Positions 19,261 through 28,087 of a stretch of 64,000 nt of DNA are shown one piece after another. Made by a program: the position numbers and the translations under genes. The DNA is taken from positions 193,179-257,178 of IMG/VR virus record IMGVR_UViG_3300011113_000805; one strand, written 5' to 3'. Numbering within the stretch: position 1 is the first letter of the stretch; every line of letters starts with the position of its first letter. The notes under the pieces were generated by a model, which did not search any database, was not told where the DNA came from, and saw only the letters and a list, made by a program, of their open reading frames with translations.

Positions 19261-19425
19261 CGCTAGTACCGTACGAAGTTTCAACTGTGCATAAAAACCT
19301 CAGTGATGTCTGGATCGCGGTACGAGGTTAGCCTTACCGGTGGTTACCCTCACCGGTGAAAACATTTTCCAGTCAATGTTTTCAATTAAGGTGTCAATCG
19401 GAAACCCGATGACTGGTAACACGAA
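19261..19425 (-). ncRNA. Candidate structured non-coding RNA
   Basis: ORF-free 165 nt with four stems and two loop-bulge pairings; strand inferred from context. Confidence 0.35.
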
Positions 19426-19427
19426 GC

Positions 19428-19613
19428 TCAGCTAGCTGATACTCCGGAGGCCTTGATCTTCAGAAGGAGGGCAGCGTTGGCTGCAATGATGCCACCAACA
19501 ATCGGCAGCAGTACCGGTGCTGAAGGGAGAAGAAGTTGGATGAAACACCACCAACCAAAACCTGCGCCGGTGCCAATGAGGGTGCCAAGAATATGCGACT
19601 TCAGCGTTTCCAT
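19428..19613 (-). CDS. Small two-TM membrane protein
   Basis: Start METLKSH after GGAG; two hydrophobic segments. Confidence 0.55.
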   Translation of the reverse strand: METLKSHILGTLIGTGAGFGWWCFIQLLLPSAPVLLPIVGGIIAANAALLLKIKASGVSAS

Positions 19614-19628
19614 GCTCTCTCCTTTGAA

Positions 19629-19713
19629 TGGTAGCCCCAGCCGGACTCGAACCGGCACGCTCAATGAACAAGAGATTTTGAGTCTCTCGCGTCTTCCGTT
19701 CCGCCATGGGGCC
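19629..19713 (-). tRNA. trnL: tRNA-Leu(CAA)
   Basis: Cloverleaf, long variable arm, CT-CAA-AA loop, GTTCGA, CCA. Confidence 0.92.
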
Positions 19714-19720
19714 AATGAAG

Positions 19721-19795
19721 TGGTGGGTCATCCGAGACTCGAACTCGGAACTAACGGATTAAGAGTCCGCTACTCTACCATTGAGTTAATGACCC
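19721..19795 (-). tRNA. trnK: tRNA-Lys(CTT)
   Basis: CT-CTT-AA loop, T arm, CCA. Confidence 0.95.
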
Positions 19796-19800
19796 GAAGA

Positions 19801-19876
19801 TGGTGGGTTGTCTGGGGCTTGAACCCAGGGCCTACGGATTAAAAGTCCGCTGCTCTACCGACTGAGCTAACAACCC
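19801..19876 (-). tRNA. trnK: tRNA-Lys(TTT)
   Basis: CT-TTT-AA loop, CCA. Confidence 0.95.
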
Positions 19877-19880
19877 ATAA

Positions 19881-19968
19881 TGGAGGAAGCGGTGGGATTC
19901 GAACCCACGATCCCTTTCAGGATGCCGGTTTTCAAGACCGGAGCCTTAAACCGCTCGGCCACGCTTCC
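19881..19968 (-). tRNA. trnS: tRNA-Ser(TGA)
   Basis: CT-TGA-AA loop, long variable arm, CCA. Confidence 0.95.
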
Positions 19969-19972
19969 AAGA

Positions 19973-20047
19973 TGGTACTCCCAACGGGAATCGAACCCGT
20001 GTTACCGGAGTGAAAATCCGGTGTCCTGACCGTTAGACGATGGGAGC
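19973..20047 (-). tRNA. trnE: tRNA-Glu(TTC)
   Basis: TT-TTC-AC loop, CCA. Confidence 0.95.
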
Positions 20048-20050
20048 GAA

Positions 20051-20124
20051 TGGTTGGGGTGGTAGGATTCGAACCCACATAGCCTGATCCAAAGTCAGGC
20101 GTCCTGCCGTTGGACGACACCCCA
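20051..20124 (-). tRNA. trnQ: tRNA-Gln(TTG)
   Basis: CT-TTG-GA loop, U1-A72, CCA. Confidence 0.95.
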
Positions 20125-20141
20125 GTAATGAAAGAATGAAG

Positions 20142-20218
20142 TGGTGCTGAAGGTGGGAATCGAACCCACGGCCTGCGGTTTACAAGACCGCTGCTCTGGC
20201 CAACTGAGCTACTTCAGC
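20142..20218 (-). tRNA. trnT: tRNA-Thr(TGT)
   Basis: CT-TGT-AA loop, CCA. Confidence 0.95.
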
Positions 20219-20460
20219 ATTTTCTCGGCCGTCGCCAGCGACTCATTCACATGAACCCAGCTGCCCTCCCGCAGGAGGATGACACAACCTCCGATAGGCC
20301 AATCCAACAGGGTCGGCGGCAACATGTTCCAGCTGCTCACCCCTGGAGGAAGAGGGTAAGGAATGCAGGTGAGGATCTCATCCCGAGTAAAGACCCGTTC
20401 GGGATAAGTCCACCCGCCGCCGGGGCCAGGGGTAACAATGCTGAAGGTGAGCTCTTCCAC
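20209..20460 (-). CDS. Hypothetical protein inside the tRNA cluster
   Basis: GTG start after GAGG; type A promoter at about 20482-20510; stop lies within tRNA-Thr. Confidence 0.5.
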   Translation of the reverse strand: MEELTFSIVTPGPGGGWTYPERVFTRDEILTCIPYPLPPGVSSWNMLPPTLLDWPIGGCVILLREGSWVHVNESLATAEKMLK

Positions 20461-20542
20461 GTCGACGTCCTCAGGATTAGAATATAATCACTTTGGTGAT
20501 TTTGAACAGGCGGTGCCTGCACTTTCTTCAACTTTTCTTGAG

Positions 20543-20618
20543 TGGCTCCGGCAACAGGACTCGAACCTGTGACCCGCGGATTAACAGTCCGCTGCTCTAC
20601 CGACTGAGCTATGCCGGA
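20543..20618 (-). tRNA. trnN: tRNA-Asn(GTT)
   Basis: CT-GTT-AA loop, CCA. Confidence 0.95.
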
Positions 20619-20623
20619 ATAAG

Positions 20624-20700
20624 TGGTCTCCTCGACAGGACTTGAACCTGTGACCCCCGCGTTAGGAATGCGGTGCTCTATCCAACTGAGCTACGAGGAG
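20624..20700 (-). tRNA. trnR: tRNA-Arg(CCT)
   Basis: TT-CCT-AA loop, A31-C39 mismatch, CCA. Confidence 0.9.
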
Positions 20701-20740
20701 GGGTCGACCACCACCAGGCCCGGTGGTCATGGGCCACGAC

Positions 20741-21835
20741 TCACTTCTTCTTGTCGTTGATGGCCTGGGCGGCCTGGATGACGCTCATGATCTGGTCCTT
20801 CACCAGACCGTGAAACATCTTGATGTTGTTGCTGTTGCCGCTGCTCATGACACCGCTGTGCAGCGCCATCTTGCACTCACCGGTGAGGATGTCGAAGAAC
20901 TTCTTGAGGTTCCCCGCCTGGGCCAGGGTCCACTTGTTCTCCTTCGAGTGGTCCTTGATCTTTTCGATGATCGCCATCTTGCGCTCGGTGCTGAGCTCAC
21001 CGATACGGGCCTCCACCTTGGACCACCGGTTGAGGACGTCCTCCGCCGTGATGACGCTGCTGTAGTTCTTGACAAAGTCGACCAGGGCCGCGGAGGCCTC
21101 GACACCAACGAACCCCAGGGAGAGGGGGTAGAGGATGGCAGGAGGATTGCCACCGCATTCGGTGAGCTCGATGGCGGCCGCCTTCAGAGCACGGTCGAGC
21201 ATCGCCCAGGAGCGCTGGCTGGGAGCCACCTTGCCGGGCTCCACGGCCTTGGTGGGGCGGAGGTGAGCAGGCTGCAGCCGAATGAAGTCGATCAGCAGTT
21301 CATTGATGTCGCCCTCGGTCTTCGCCCAAACGAGCCAGTCCTCCACCGAGGGCTTGAACTCGACCACCCAGAACCGGCTCAGGAGGGCCGGGTCCATCTC
21401 GGAGACGGTGTAGTCACCGCCCCAGTTCACTGCCGCAACCACCTGGGTGCCCGGGTGCAGGCGCTTGGGCTTGCCGTCGGGACCGGACCCGAGCTCACGA
21501 TCCAGGACGATCTGGAACATGCTGTTCAGCACGCCGGGCAGGCCGCGGTTGAGCTCATCGAGGAAGAGGACGCAGGGCTCGTTGCAGGCCCGAACGTACC
21601 ACGACGGCAGCGCGAAGGAGGCGACACCGGTTTCCTTCGTACGCTCGAGGTCGGGGTAGCCGACGACATCACCTTCGGACATCGTGGAGGCACGCACGTC
21701 GATGAGCTCGAGGCCGCGGCGGTGGGCGAGCTGGTGAACGAGCTGGGACTTGCCAACACCGTGGTCGCCGCGGATGAGCACAGCCTGTGCGGCCGGGAGT
21801 GCATTGAGGCAGGTGACGAGGGTCTTCGCGTCCAT
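20741..21835 (-). CDS. MoxR-like AAA+ ATPase
   Basis: Walker A GDHGVGKS, Walker B LFLDELNR, MDPALLSRF. Confidence 0.88.
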   Translation of the reverse strand: MDAKTLVTCLNALPAAQAVLIRGDHGVGKSQLVHQLAHRRGLELIDVRASTMSEGDVVGYPDLERTKETGVASFALPSWYVRACNEPCVLFLDELNRGLPGVLNSMFQIVLDRELGSGPDGKPKRLHPGTQVVAAVNWGGDYTVSEMDPALLSRFWVVEFKPSVEDWLVWAKTEGDINELLIDFIRLQPAHLRPTKAVEPGKVAPSQRSWAMLDRALKAAAIELTECGGNPPAILYPLSLGFVGVEASAALVDFVKNYSSVITAEDVLNRWSKVEARIGELSTERKMAIIEKIKDHSKENKWTLAQAGNLKKFFDILTGECKMALHSGVMSSGNSNNIKMFHGLVKDQIMSVIQAAQAINDKKK

Positions 21836-21947
21836 GATGACGTCCTTTTCCTGAGGGTTTGTGGGGTTTCGGAACCATTCCGCCCCAACAAGATGAATAT
21901 AATCACTTTCGGTCAAGTTGAACAGGTACCGGAGCACCTTTTTGCAA

Positions 21948-22250
21948 CTATTTTCCGATCAACTTGAAATGCCTGATGTGCAACTCGAGGATCTCGCCCT
22001 CGTACATGACCTTCACATACACGTTGCGGAGGGCAAGGTTATCGGTGGCCACCATCCCCAGCCCGAAGATCCAGACCGTCGGCCCTTCGACAATGACGCC
22101 AATGGCGCCGCGACCCATGTGGGGAATCGAAACCAACGCGCCGGGAACCCAGGCTTTGTTGGTGATCGTCCGGTTCTGTCCAGGACCCTTCTGGTGAACC
22201 ACCCGTTTCTTGGGCTGAATGGGCTTTTCACTCAGTGTGCGACGCTTCAT
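21948..22250 (-). CDS. Hypothetical protein
   Basis: ORF whose TAG lies in the UP element of the next promoter. Confidence 0.55.
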   Translation of the reverse strand: MKRRTLSEKPIQPKKRVVHQKGPGQNRTITNKAWVPGALVSIPHMGRGAIGVIVEGPTVWIFGLGMVATDNLALRNVYVKVMYEGEILELHIRHFKLIGK

Positions 22251-22441
22251 CAGGGGCTCCTCGAATAGAAACGTATGCGATTTTTCGTCAGAGAGCAGGA
22301 CATCTTGTGTCCACCGCGCGGATATTGTTCAGATGCTCCCTCGCGCCGACCAGGACATCCTGGGCAGTCTTCGTGCTCAGGCCAGTCCTTGCCATCCGCC
22401 TGCCGGGTGGCCTTGTTGTCGAAGTCATCTTCGTCGTTCAT
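22250..22441 (-). CDS. Small hypothetical protein
   Basis: Type B element upstream. Confidence 0.5.
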   Translation of the reverse strand: MNDEDDFDNKATRQADGKDWPEHEDCPGCPGRREGASEQYPRGGHKMSCSLTKNRIRFYSRSP

Positions 22442-22538
22442 ATTCCTCTCCGCGATGATATCTGTTATTATGGTCGGAGGGTTTTGTACAGGTCCGGGGA
22501 CACCTTTTTTGAAGGAATTTTCCCCGGACCTGCACCGG

Positions 22539-23288
22539 TCAGGACTCCTCGGAAGCCGCCACCTCGAAGCCGTGACGGCCCAGGCTCAGCCAGCTGGTCC
22601 GACCGGTACCGCCGAAGCGGTTCTTGGTCACCTCGAACTTGCGATGACCGATGAGGGTCTTGTCCTTCTTCTCCCAGCCGAGGTGGATGTGGCAGTCGAT
22701 CATGTGCTTCATCTTGTTGCTGCCGGCGAAGGTGCCGCCCTTCGTCACCTGGCCGATGGTGATGACGTTGGTGAAGTTCTCCTTCGCCCAGGTGGTGAGC
22801 TTCTCCAGGGAGCGCTCGGCGGTCCAGCAGGTGATCCGGCCGGTGTCGAACTTGCCATCATCCAGGCACTGGAGGGAGTCGACCATGAGGAAGAAGGGCT
22901 TGCCCTTGTTCTCGGGACGATTGCGGATGGCGTCCGCCGCCTCGATGAGCTTGTCGACGTGGGTCTCACCGCCGACGAGGAAGTTGGGGTCGATGCCGAG
23001 GCGGTCCACGGTGCGCTTCACCTGGAAGAGGCTCTCCTCCGCCGTGTTGAAGAGGACCACGCTGCCGTTCTCGGTGAGGCCGGAGGCCATCGTCAGGAGG
23101 GCCGTGGTCTTGCCGGCGCCGGGCTCGCCGGTGAACATCGTCACCATCGACGGGGTGAACCCCTCGCCACCGAGGCCCTCATCGATCCACTCGATGCCGG
23201 AGAGGTGACGCTTCAGGAGCTCCATCGGCACGCGAACGTCGTTGATGTTGGTACCAACCGCGAAGGTGTCGGAGAACGAGATACGCAT
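22539..23288 (-). CDS. radA: RadA/Sms-like RecA-fold ATPase (no Zn finger, no Lon-like domain)
   Basis: GEPGAGKT, AEES, VDSLQ, GQVTKGG.FAG, KNRFG signature. Confidence 0.8.
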   Translation of the reverse strand: MRISFSDTFAVGTNINDVRVPMELLKRHLSGIEWIDEGLGGEGFTPSMVTMFTGEPGAGKTTALLTMASGLTENGSVVLFNTAEESLFQVKRTVDRLGIDPNFLVGGETHVDKLIEAADAIRNRPENKGKPFFLMVDSLQCLDDGKFDTGRITCWTAERSLEKLTTWAKENFTNVITIGQVTKGGTFAGSNKMKHMIDCHIHLGWEKKDKTLIGHRKFEVTKNRFGGTGRTSWLSLGRHGFEVAASEES

Positions 23289-23434
23289 GTGTATGATGTC
23301 CTTTTCCTGAGGGTTTGTGGGGTTCCGGAACCATTCCGCCCCAACAAGATGAATATAATCACTTTCGGGTCAGTGGGACAGGTCTCCGGAGCACCTTTTT
23401 GCACATTTTTGTGCAGTGCTCCGGAGATAGCGTG

Positions 23435-23638
23435 TCACCGCCGGCGCCCGACAGAACCGGCAGAGGCATTGAGAATGGACTCGTACTCCCGATCATCATC
23501 GTCCTGGAGCGCTCGAAGCGCGGAGATAATGCGATCGAGGTCCCCGCTTTCGAGGTGGCCATCAGTCGACAGACTGACATAGCCTTCCTTGTCACGATCG
23601 ATGTACACAATCACAGAACCAATGGGCATGTTCTTCAT
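23435..23638 (-). CDS. Hypothetical protein
   Basis: Start MKNMPIG after GGAG. Confidence 0.55.
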   Translation of the reverse strand: MKNMPIGSVIVYIDRDKEGYVSLSTDGHLESGDLDRIISALRALQDDDDREYESILNASAGSVGRRR

Positions 23639-23784
23639 GAGACGCTCCGGCGCAGGGAGGAACCATTCCGCCCCAACATGTACTGTTATTTCGGTGGGTG
23701 CACTTTGTACAGGTCTCCGGAGCACCTTTTTGCACATTTTTGTGCAATGCTCCGGAGATAGCATGTCACCGACGACGCCCTATG

Positions 23785-24045
23785 TTAGTAGAGCTGCTTG
23801 ACCGTGCCGTCGTCATCGAGCTTGAGGAGGATCGACATGGTGCCATCCATGCACCAGTCCGATCCGAAGGCGAGACCCCGCCCGACGAGGAGGGCGGTCA
23901 TGGGATGAACAGCCTCGTCCAGTTCGAACTTGAAGGTGCTCGCATTGTGGTGCTCCAGCGCGCCGGTCTGGAAGGCTTCGTAGAGGTCGTCATTATGATC
24001 GAGGCTGCCGTCGAGGGCGGCGATAACGAAGATGTACTTCTGCAT
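23785..24045 (-). CDS. Hypothetical protein
   Basis: Start MQKYIF after GGAG; type B element upstream. Confidence 0.6.
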   Translation of the reverse strand: MQKYIFVIAALDGSLDHNDDLYEAFQTGALEHHNASTFKFELDEAVHPMTALLVGRGLAFGSDWCMDGTMSILLKLDDDGTVKQLY

Positions 24046-24140
24046 TGCTGACTCCGTATGTGAGAGGAAACCATCAACCAACATGATCTGTTATTATGGT
24101 GTCGGCACTTTGTACAGGCACCGTGAGCAAATAGTTGAAA

Positions 24141-24659
24141 CTATTTTCCGGACTGGAGATGCTCGACCCACCACTGGGCCTGGGCTTCATATGAAGTGTA
24201 ATCCCGAGAAACCTGAGAAGTAGCCATGGCTGCATTTGAAGCCCCGTCACCATACACAGCTGCACGCTGCGCGGCAGCCTGGGCAGTCCAAGTGGCAGTT
24301 CGGGCAGCAACAAAAGCAACCAGTGGCGCAGCATCAGTAATAGCAGGAGCAGCAGCCCAAGCAGCAGCACGAGCAGCCGCTTCCAGCTCCTCAGAAGTGA
24401 CGCTCTTCTCATCTTCAAGCCACCGGTCCACCAAGGACAATGCATGGGCCACCCTCTGATTAGGCTCGCCTTTCAATCGAGCCAGCGTCTCATTGGTGCA
24501 CCATCGAGCGAAGAGAACTAAGTCTCGGTGAGTGACGATACCGAGGTGCTCCTGGTCTCGGAAGAGAATACAGTTGAGCCTGATATTTTGGGTAAGCTCA
24601 AGCTCCGACAGCGTGTGCTGCTCGCCGGTGACAGGATCGATCAGGGTGTACCGGGCCAT
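24141..24659 (-). CDS. Ala-rich Imm5-like paralog
   Basis: Family motifs; start MARYTL. Confidence 0.8.
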   Translation of the reverse strand: MARYTLIDPVTGEQHTLSELELTQNIRLNCILFRDQEHLGIVTHRDLVLFARWCTNETLARLKGEPNQRVAHALSLVDRWLEDEKSVTSEELEAAARAAAWAAAPAITDAAPLVAFVAARTATWTAQAAAQRAAVYGDGASNAAMATSQVSRDYTSYEAQAQWWVEHLQSGK

Positions 24660-24733
24660 GAGAACTCCGTGATGAGATCTGTTATTATGGTGCCCGCACT
24701 TTGTACAGGCTCCGGAGCACCTTTTTGCAAAAA

Positions 24734-25198
24734 TTATTGAGCCGACCTCAGGTGCTCCACCAGCCATTGGGCTTGGGCTTCGAAGGAAACACCGGCAGAG
24801 TTATTAGCAGCCCATGCAGCAGACCCAGCAACATCAGCAGCGCCGGCAGCACTAGAAGCAGCCCAAGCAGCCCGCGCAGCAACAGCACCAGGGCAAGCAA
24901 CATCAGCAGCGGCAGCAGCCTGTTTCAGCTCCTCACTGGAGGCAGAACCCGGGTCGATCAGCCACTTGTCGACCAGGCCCAGCGCAGTATAGACTTCAGG
25001 GGGAACCGTGTGACACTGAGCAAGAGTCTTCTCAACACACCACCGACAGAAGGAGACAACATCGCGATGTGTGATGACGCCGATGTGTTCATCCCCACGA
25101 AGGAGGATATGATTGACCCGCATATGATGTGTCAGTTCCGACGCAGCTACCGTCGACGTGCCACCGGTGAATGGATTCAGGAGGGTATACCGGGTCAT
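24734..25198 (-). CDS. Ala-rich Imm5-like paralog
   Basis: Family motifs; start MTRYTL; TAA stop. Confidence 0.8.
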   Translation of the reverse strand: MTRYTLLNPFTGGTSTVAASELTHHMRVNHILLRGDEHIGVITHRDVVSFCRWCVEKTLAQCHTVPPEVYTALGLVDKWLIDPGSASSEELKQAAAAADVACPGAVAARAAWAASSAAGAADVAGSAAWAANNSAGVSFEAQAQWLVEHLRSAQ

Positions 25199-25316
25199 GA
25201 GGGCTCCGTGATGAGATCTGTTATTACGGTGCCGGCACTTTGCACAGGTCCCTGTGCAACTTTTTTGTGAAAATAGTTGCAGGCCTCCCGTGCGCGCGTA
25301 ATAGGAGATTGCCGTC

Positions 25317-25682
25317 CTAGGGCCCTGCCGGCTCATGGACTAGCTGGTCACGACGAATCCACATGTGAATGGGCCGGTCCCACATGAAGAGGCACACCCC
25401 GACGCTAGGGCCGGCCCATCCACCCAGACTGACGACATAGTTGTCAGCAACAACTACAGGCAGAGACTGTGTTTCAGGATGAAAGACCTCCAGAAGAATG
25501 CATGCGATCTGTGACTCCGGAGCTAGTAAGAGGCCGCCGGCGCCAGCAGAGGTCAGGGGCCCCTTAACGAATATGACATCACCCCTCTTTCTTATCAGCT
25601 CTGAATAAAATGATTCCCTCTTCTGAAGACTCACAGCTCGTCCCTTGCCCTGGACATGATGGGGCCCTTTATTTTGTTCCAT
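25317..25682 (-). CDS. Hypothetical protein (distant family H)
   Basis: G.VI.V.GPL...ACILL pattern. Confidence 0.5.
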   Translation of the reverse strand: MEQNKGPHHVQGKGRAVSLQKRESFYSELIRKRGDVIFVKGPLTSAGAGGLLLAPESQIACILLEVFHPETQSLPVVVADNYVVSLGGWAGPSVGVCLFMWDRPIHMWIRRDQLVHEPAGP

Positions 25683-25995
25683 TTTTGAGCTCCAAAATGT
25701 CGCGATGTGTGACCCTAGCTAGCATCACAGAGCCATCTAATACTATGTTAATGTAAAAGGAGCGTATCCACGCAGAGACACAGCTATTGCTCAAGACATG
25801 CACGTCTCCGACGTCTTTGAGATCACGATCATTTTGATGGTAAGACACAAGGATGACATGTGTATGCGCATCTCGATGACCAAGCCACTTTCTCTGCTTA
25901 ACGAGATATAGGGGCCCTACCAATGTGATGACATTCCCCAACATTGACGTCAATGTCAGCAAATGTTTGTCTTTGTTATCCGTCCTATCCGTCAT
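25669..25995 (-). CDS. Hypothetical protein (distant family H)
   Basis: LGNVITL.GPLY...IVLDG. Confidence 0.5.
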   Translation of the reverse strand: MTDRTDNKDKHLLTLTSMLGNVITLVGPLYLVKQRKWLGHRDAHTHVILVSYHQNDRDLKDVGDVHVLSNSCVSAWIRSFYINIVLDGSVMLARVTHRDILELKNGTK

Positions 25996-26043
25996 CGAAT
26001 GCTTCCTATCGACTCTTTATGCCCCCGTGTGTACGCATGCACA

Positions 26044-26185
26044 CGGGCCCCCTATGCATAGTGTCACATACACCCGGGCCCCCTGGTCATATGCACGGGC
26101 CCCCTGGTCATATGCACGGGCCCCCTGACTGTACGCGGGCCCCCTAGGGGCACACGGCCCCCTGTATATGCTTGGGCGCCCTAGG
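26044..26185. repeat. GGGCCCCCT-cored direct repeats (21-bp period at 26075, 26096, 26117)
   Basis: cgggccccctggtcatatgca twice, plus degenerate copies. Confidence 0.85.
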
Positions 26186-26242
26186 TGCATGTGAAGGTCA
26201 AAGAAGATGCATGGGGGCCCGGAAATAATCATCTTGCAAGGG

Positions 26243-26542
26243 TTAATCAAAGAATATGACGCTGCTAGCGTATACCTCAGCTGAATGAATCTTTCCGTCA
26301 TGCATGAACTGGATTATGCATGCCTCTTCTGAGGACTTATCGATCGACAAGATGAAATCAATCGGTGAGCACTCATGGGCATGCTTAGCAACACCGGTGA
26401 GGACGCATGTAAAATCCGGTATACATTTCAAAGTATGCCAACTCACCAACTCACGAAGTGTGATCACGTTTCCAATATTCTCTCGGAGACGATCAGCAAA
26501 TGGGCCGTCAAATTGAATATTCGGTACCGGGAATTTCGACAT
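26243..26542 (-). CDS. Hypothetical protein (distant family H)
   Basis: IGNVITL...FMHDG. Confidence 0.55.
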   Translation of the reverse strand: MSKFPVPNIQFDGPFADRLRENIGNVITLRELVSWHTLKCIPDFTCVLTGVAKHAHECSPIDFILSIDKSSEEACIIQFMHDGKIHSAEVYASSVIFFD

Positions 26543-26551
26543 ATGCCTTGC

Positions 26552-26872
26552 TCACAGGGGGCTCAGGTTACCGGATGATGTATAGAATCTGTATAGCCTA
26601 TCACGCAAGAAGCCAATCAGCATAATATAGCGATCGCGTAGGTTTGCGTAAGAATTCTTAGTGTACAACAGGGGAATATGACGCTCCTCTTCACTGCTGC
26701 ATAGGGGAGATATTCCAACCACGTGGGTGGAATTTCCACCCACACCTACGACAAGAATGATGTGCTGCTCTTCATTTGTGAATTCTTCAAAATTGGCAAT
26801 GCTAGGCCTGTCGGCACAAAGACCACCGGTGTGCACAACCATGTCTCCAACCTTGATGTCATATGCATGCAT
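26552..26872 (-). CDS. Hypothetical protein
   Basis: IKVGDMV motif. Confidence 0.5.
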   Translation of the reverse strand: MHAYDIKVGDMVVHTGGLCADRPSIANFEEFTNEEQHIILVVGVGGNSTHVVGISPLCSSEEERHIPLLYTKNSYANLRDRYIMLIGFLRDRLYRFYTSSGNLSPL

Positions 26873-26895
26873 GTGTGGATTAGACCTCTAGAGCG

Positions 26896-27366
26896 TTATG
26901 CGATATTTTCAGCACTTTCGATGTACGACTCGCGAGTGAAGATGCGATAGACACCAGACCCAATAAGCGCAGTCACAATGATCTCCCGGTCGGCTGGTTC
27001 ATAAGGCTCATATGAGTCATAGGAATCGTCACTGTATGAATTCGTGCTTGAGACGAGTGAGTCATCGATAATGTAGGTAAAGGCGTCATAACATTCATTG
27101 ATGTCGGTATGTTTAACAGCATCCAAGATGACAATGAGATGAGGGCTGAAATCCTCGGTGTCGACGATTGGGATGTTCCGGCGAGGGTTTCTAGTGCCAG
27201 GCTCAAGCCAGAGAAGGGCGCCCTTAAGGAAGAAAAGGCCACCGGGGTTCTGTTTAATGGCTTCAAGCATCATTTGGGTATCGCATCCTTTAAAGGATCT
27301 ATCCAGAGCGGGGGTCGAAGTCAATGATTTTTCTATCCCGCCGAGTAGGTTATCATCAGTGATCAC
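26896..27366 (-). CDS. Hypothetical protein (start uncertain)
   Basis: ORF track; 5' end overlaps the tandem repeat. Confidence 0.5.
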   Translation of the reverse strand: MITDDNLLGGIEKSLTSTPALDRSFKGCDTQMMLEAIKQNPGGLFFLKGALLWLEPGTRNPRRNIPIVDTEDFSPHLIVILDAVKHTDINECYDAFTYIIDDSLVSSTNSYSDDSYDSYEPYEPADREIIVTALIGSGVYRIFTRESYIESAENIA

Positions 27367-27530
27367 TGTGTCACATTGTGCCGGATCGAATGAAAGTATC
27401 TATCCAGAGCGGGGGTCGGAGTCAATGATTTTTCTATCCCGGGGGCCCTAGGATTCTGGTGGATCGCTGTGTCACATTGTGCCGGATCGAATGAAAGTAT
27501 CTATCCGGAGCGGGGGTCGGAGTCAATCAT
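27297..27530. repeat. 101-bp-period tandem repeat (about 2.3 copies)
   Basis: atctatccRgagcgggggtcgRagtcaat at 27297, 27398, 27499. Confidence 0.85.
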
Positions 27531-27873
27531 CCTCTGAAGGGAGCTCCCGGATATCATTGGCATCGATAAGAAGGTATCGGGGCGCGCCATCAACCATTAC
27601 CCATGCTTTAATTCCTGGCATGGGAGTACTCCCGGGTGGCATGCCCATTGCTGATGTGAATGTTTCTCCATGGGCCTGAGATCTCAATGGTGGATGATTC
27701 TGTCTTTCAGGTGTATCTTCACCTAGCCATATGGCATACCGGCTCACAGTATCATCAAATCCGCCATTGGGCCAGAACCAGAAGATCTGACCTCGAATCT
27801 CGAAAACGTCACCGGTCTTAAGATTTGCAAGGGGGCTCGGGCTCTTGTTCTTGTGCATGATCTTATCGGCCAT
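27523..27873 (-). CDS. Hypothetical protein (distant family H)
   Basis: FWFWP.GGFD...VMVDGAPRY. Confidence 0.55.
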   Translation of the reverse strand: MADKIMHKNKSPSPLANLKTGDVFEIRGQIFWFWPNGGFDDTVSRYAIWLGEDTPERQNHPPLRSQAHGETFTSAMGMPPGSTPMPGIKAWVMVDGAPRYLLIDANDIRELPSEDD

Positions 27874-27907
27874 TGTTCATCCTTGCACATCATTGAACAT
27901 TTTTAGC

Positions 27908-28087
27908 GTTCCCTATAGCTATCCACAACCACCTTGTCAATTTGTCAGTTGTGTAATATCAAATTACACATTTGCTTTTAATACTGACATAATTTCGGAC
28001 GTTGACAGAGTGCCAAAATAGGCGGTTCCCTATAGCTATCCACAACCACCTTGCTGGTTTGTCAGTTGTGTAATATCAAATTACACA
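27908..28087. repeat. 63-bp direct repeat pair with DnaA-box-like CTATCCACA and an 8-bp inverted repeat
   Basis: 27908-27970 and 28025-28087. Confidence 0.85.

Noticed and set aside
19432-20120. ORFs overlapping the tRNA cluster (19432, 19453, 19932)
   Set aside because: Explained by the tRNA genes
14719-23582. Long plus-strand ORFs (14719, 22275 and others) opposite VWA, MoxR and RadA
   Set aside because: Antisense shadows of high-GC3 genes that have clear motifs on the minus strand
27297-28087. CRISPR array
   Set aside because: Repeats of 63-75 bp in only 2-3 copies, no cas genes, and the wrong repeat/spacer geometry
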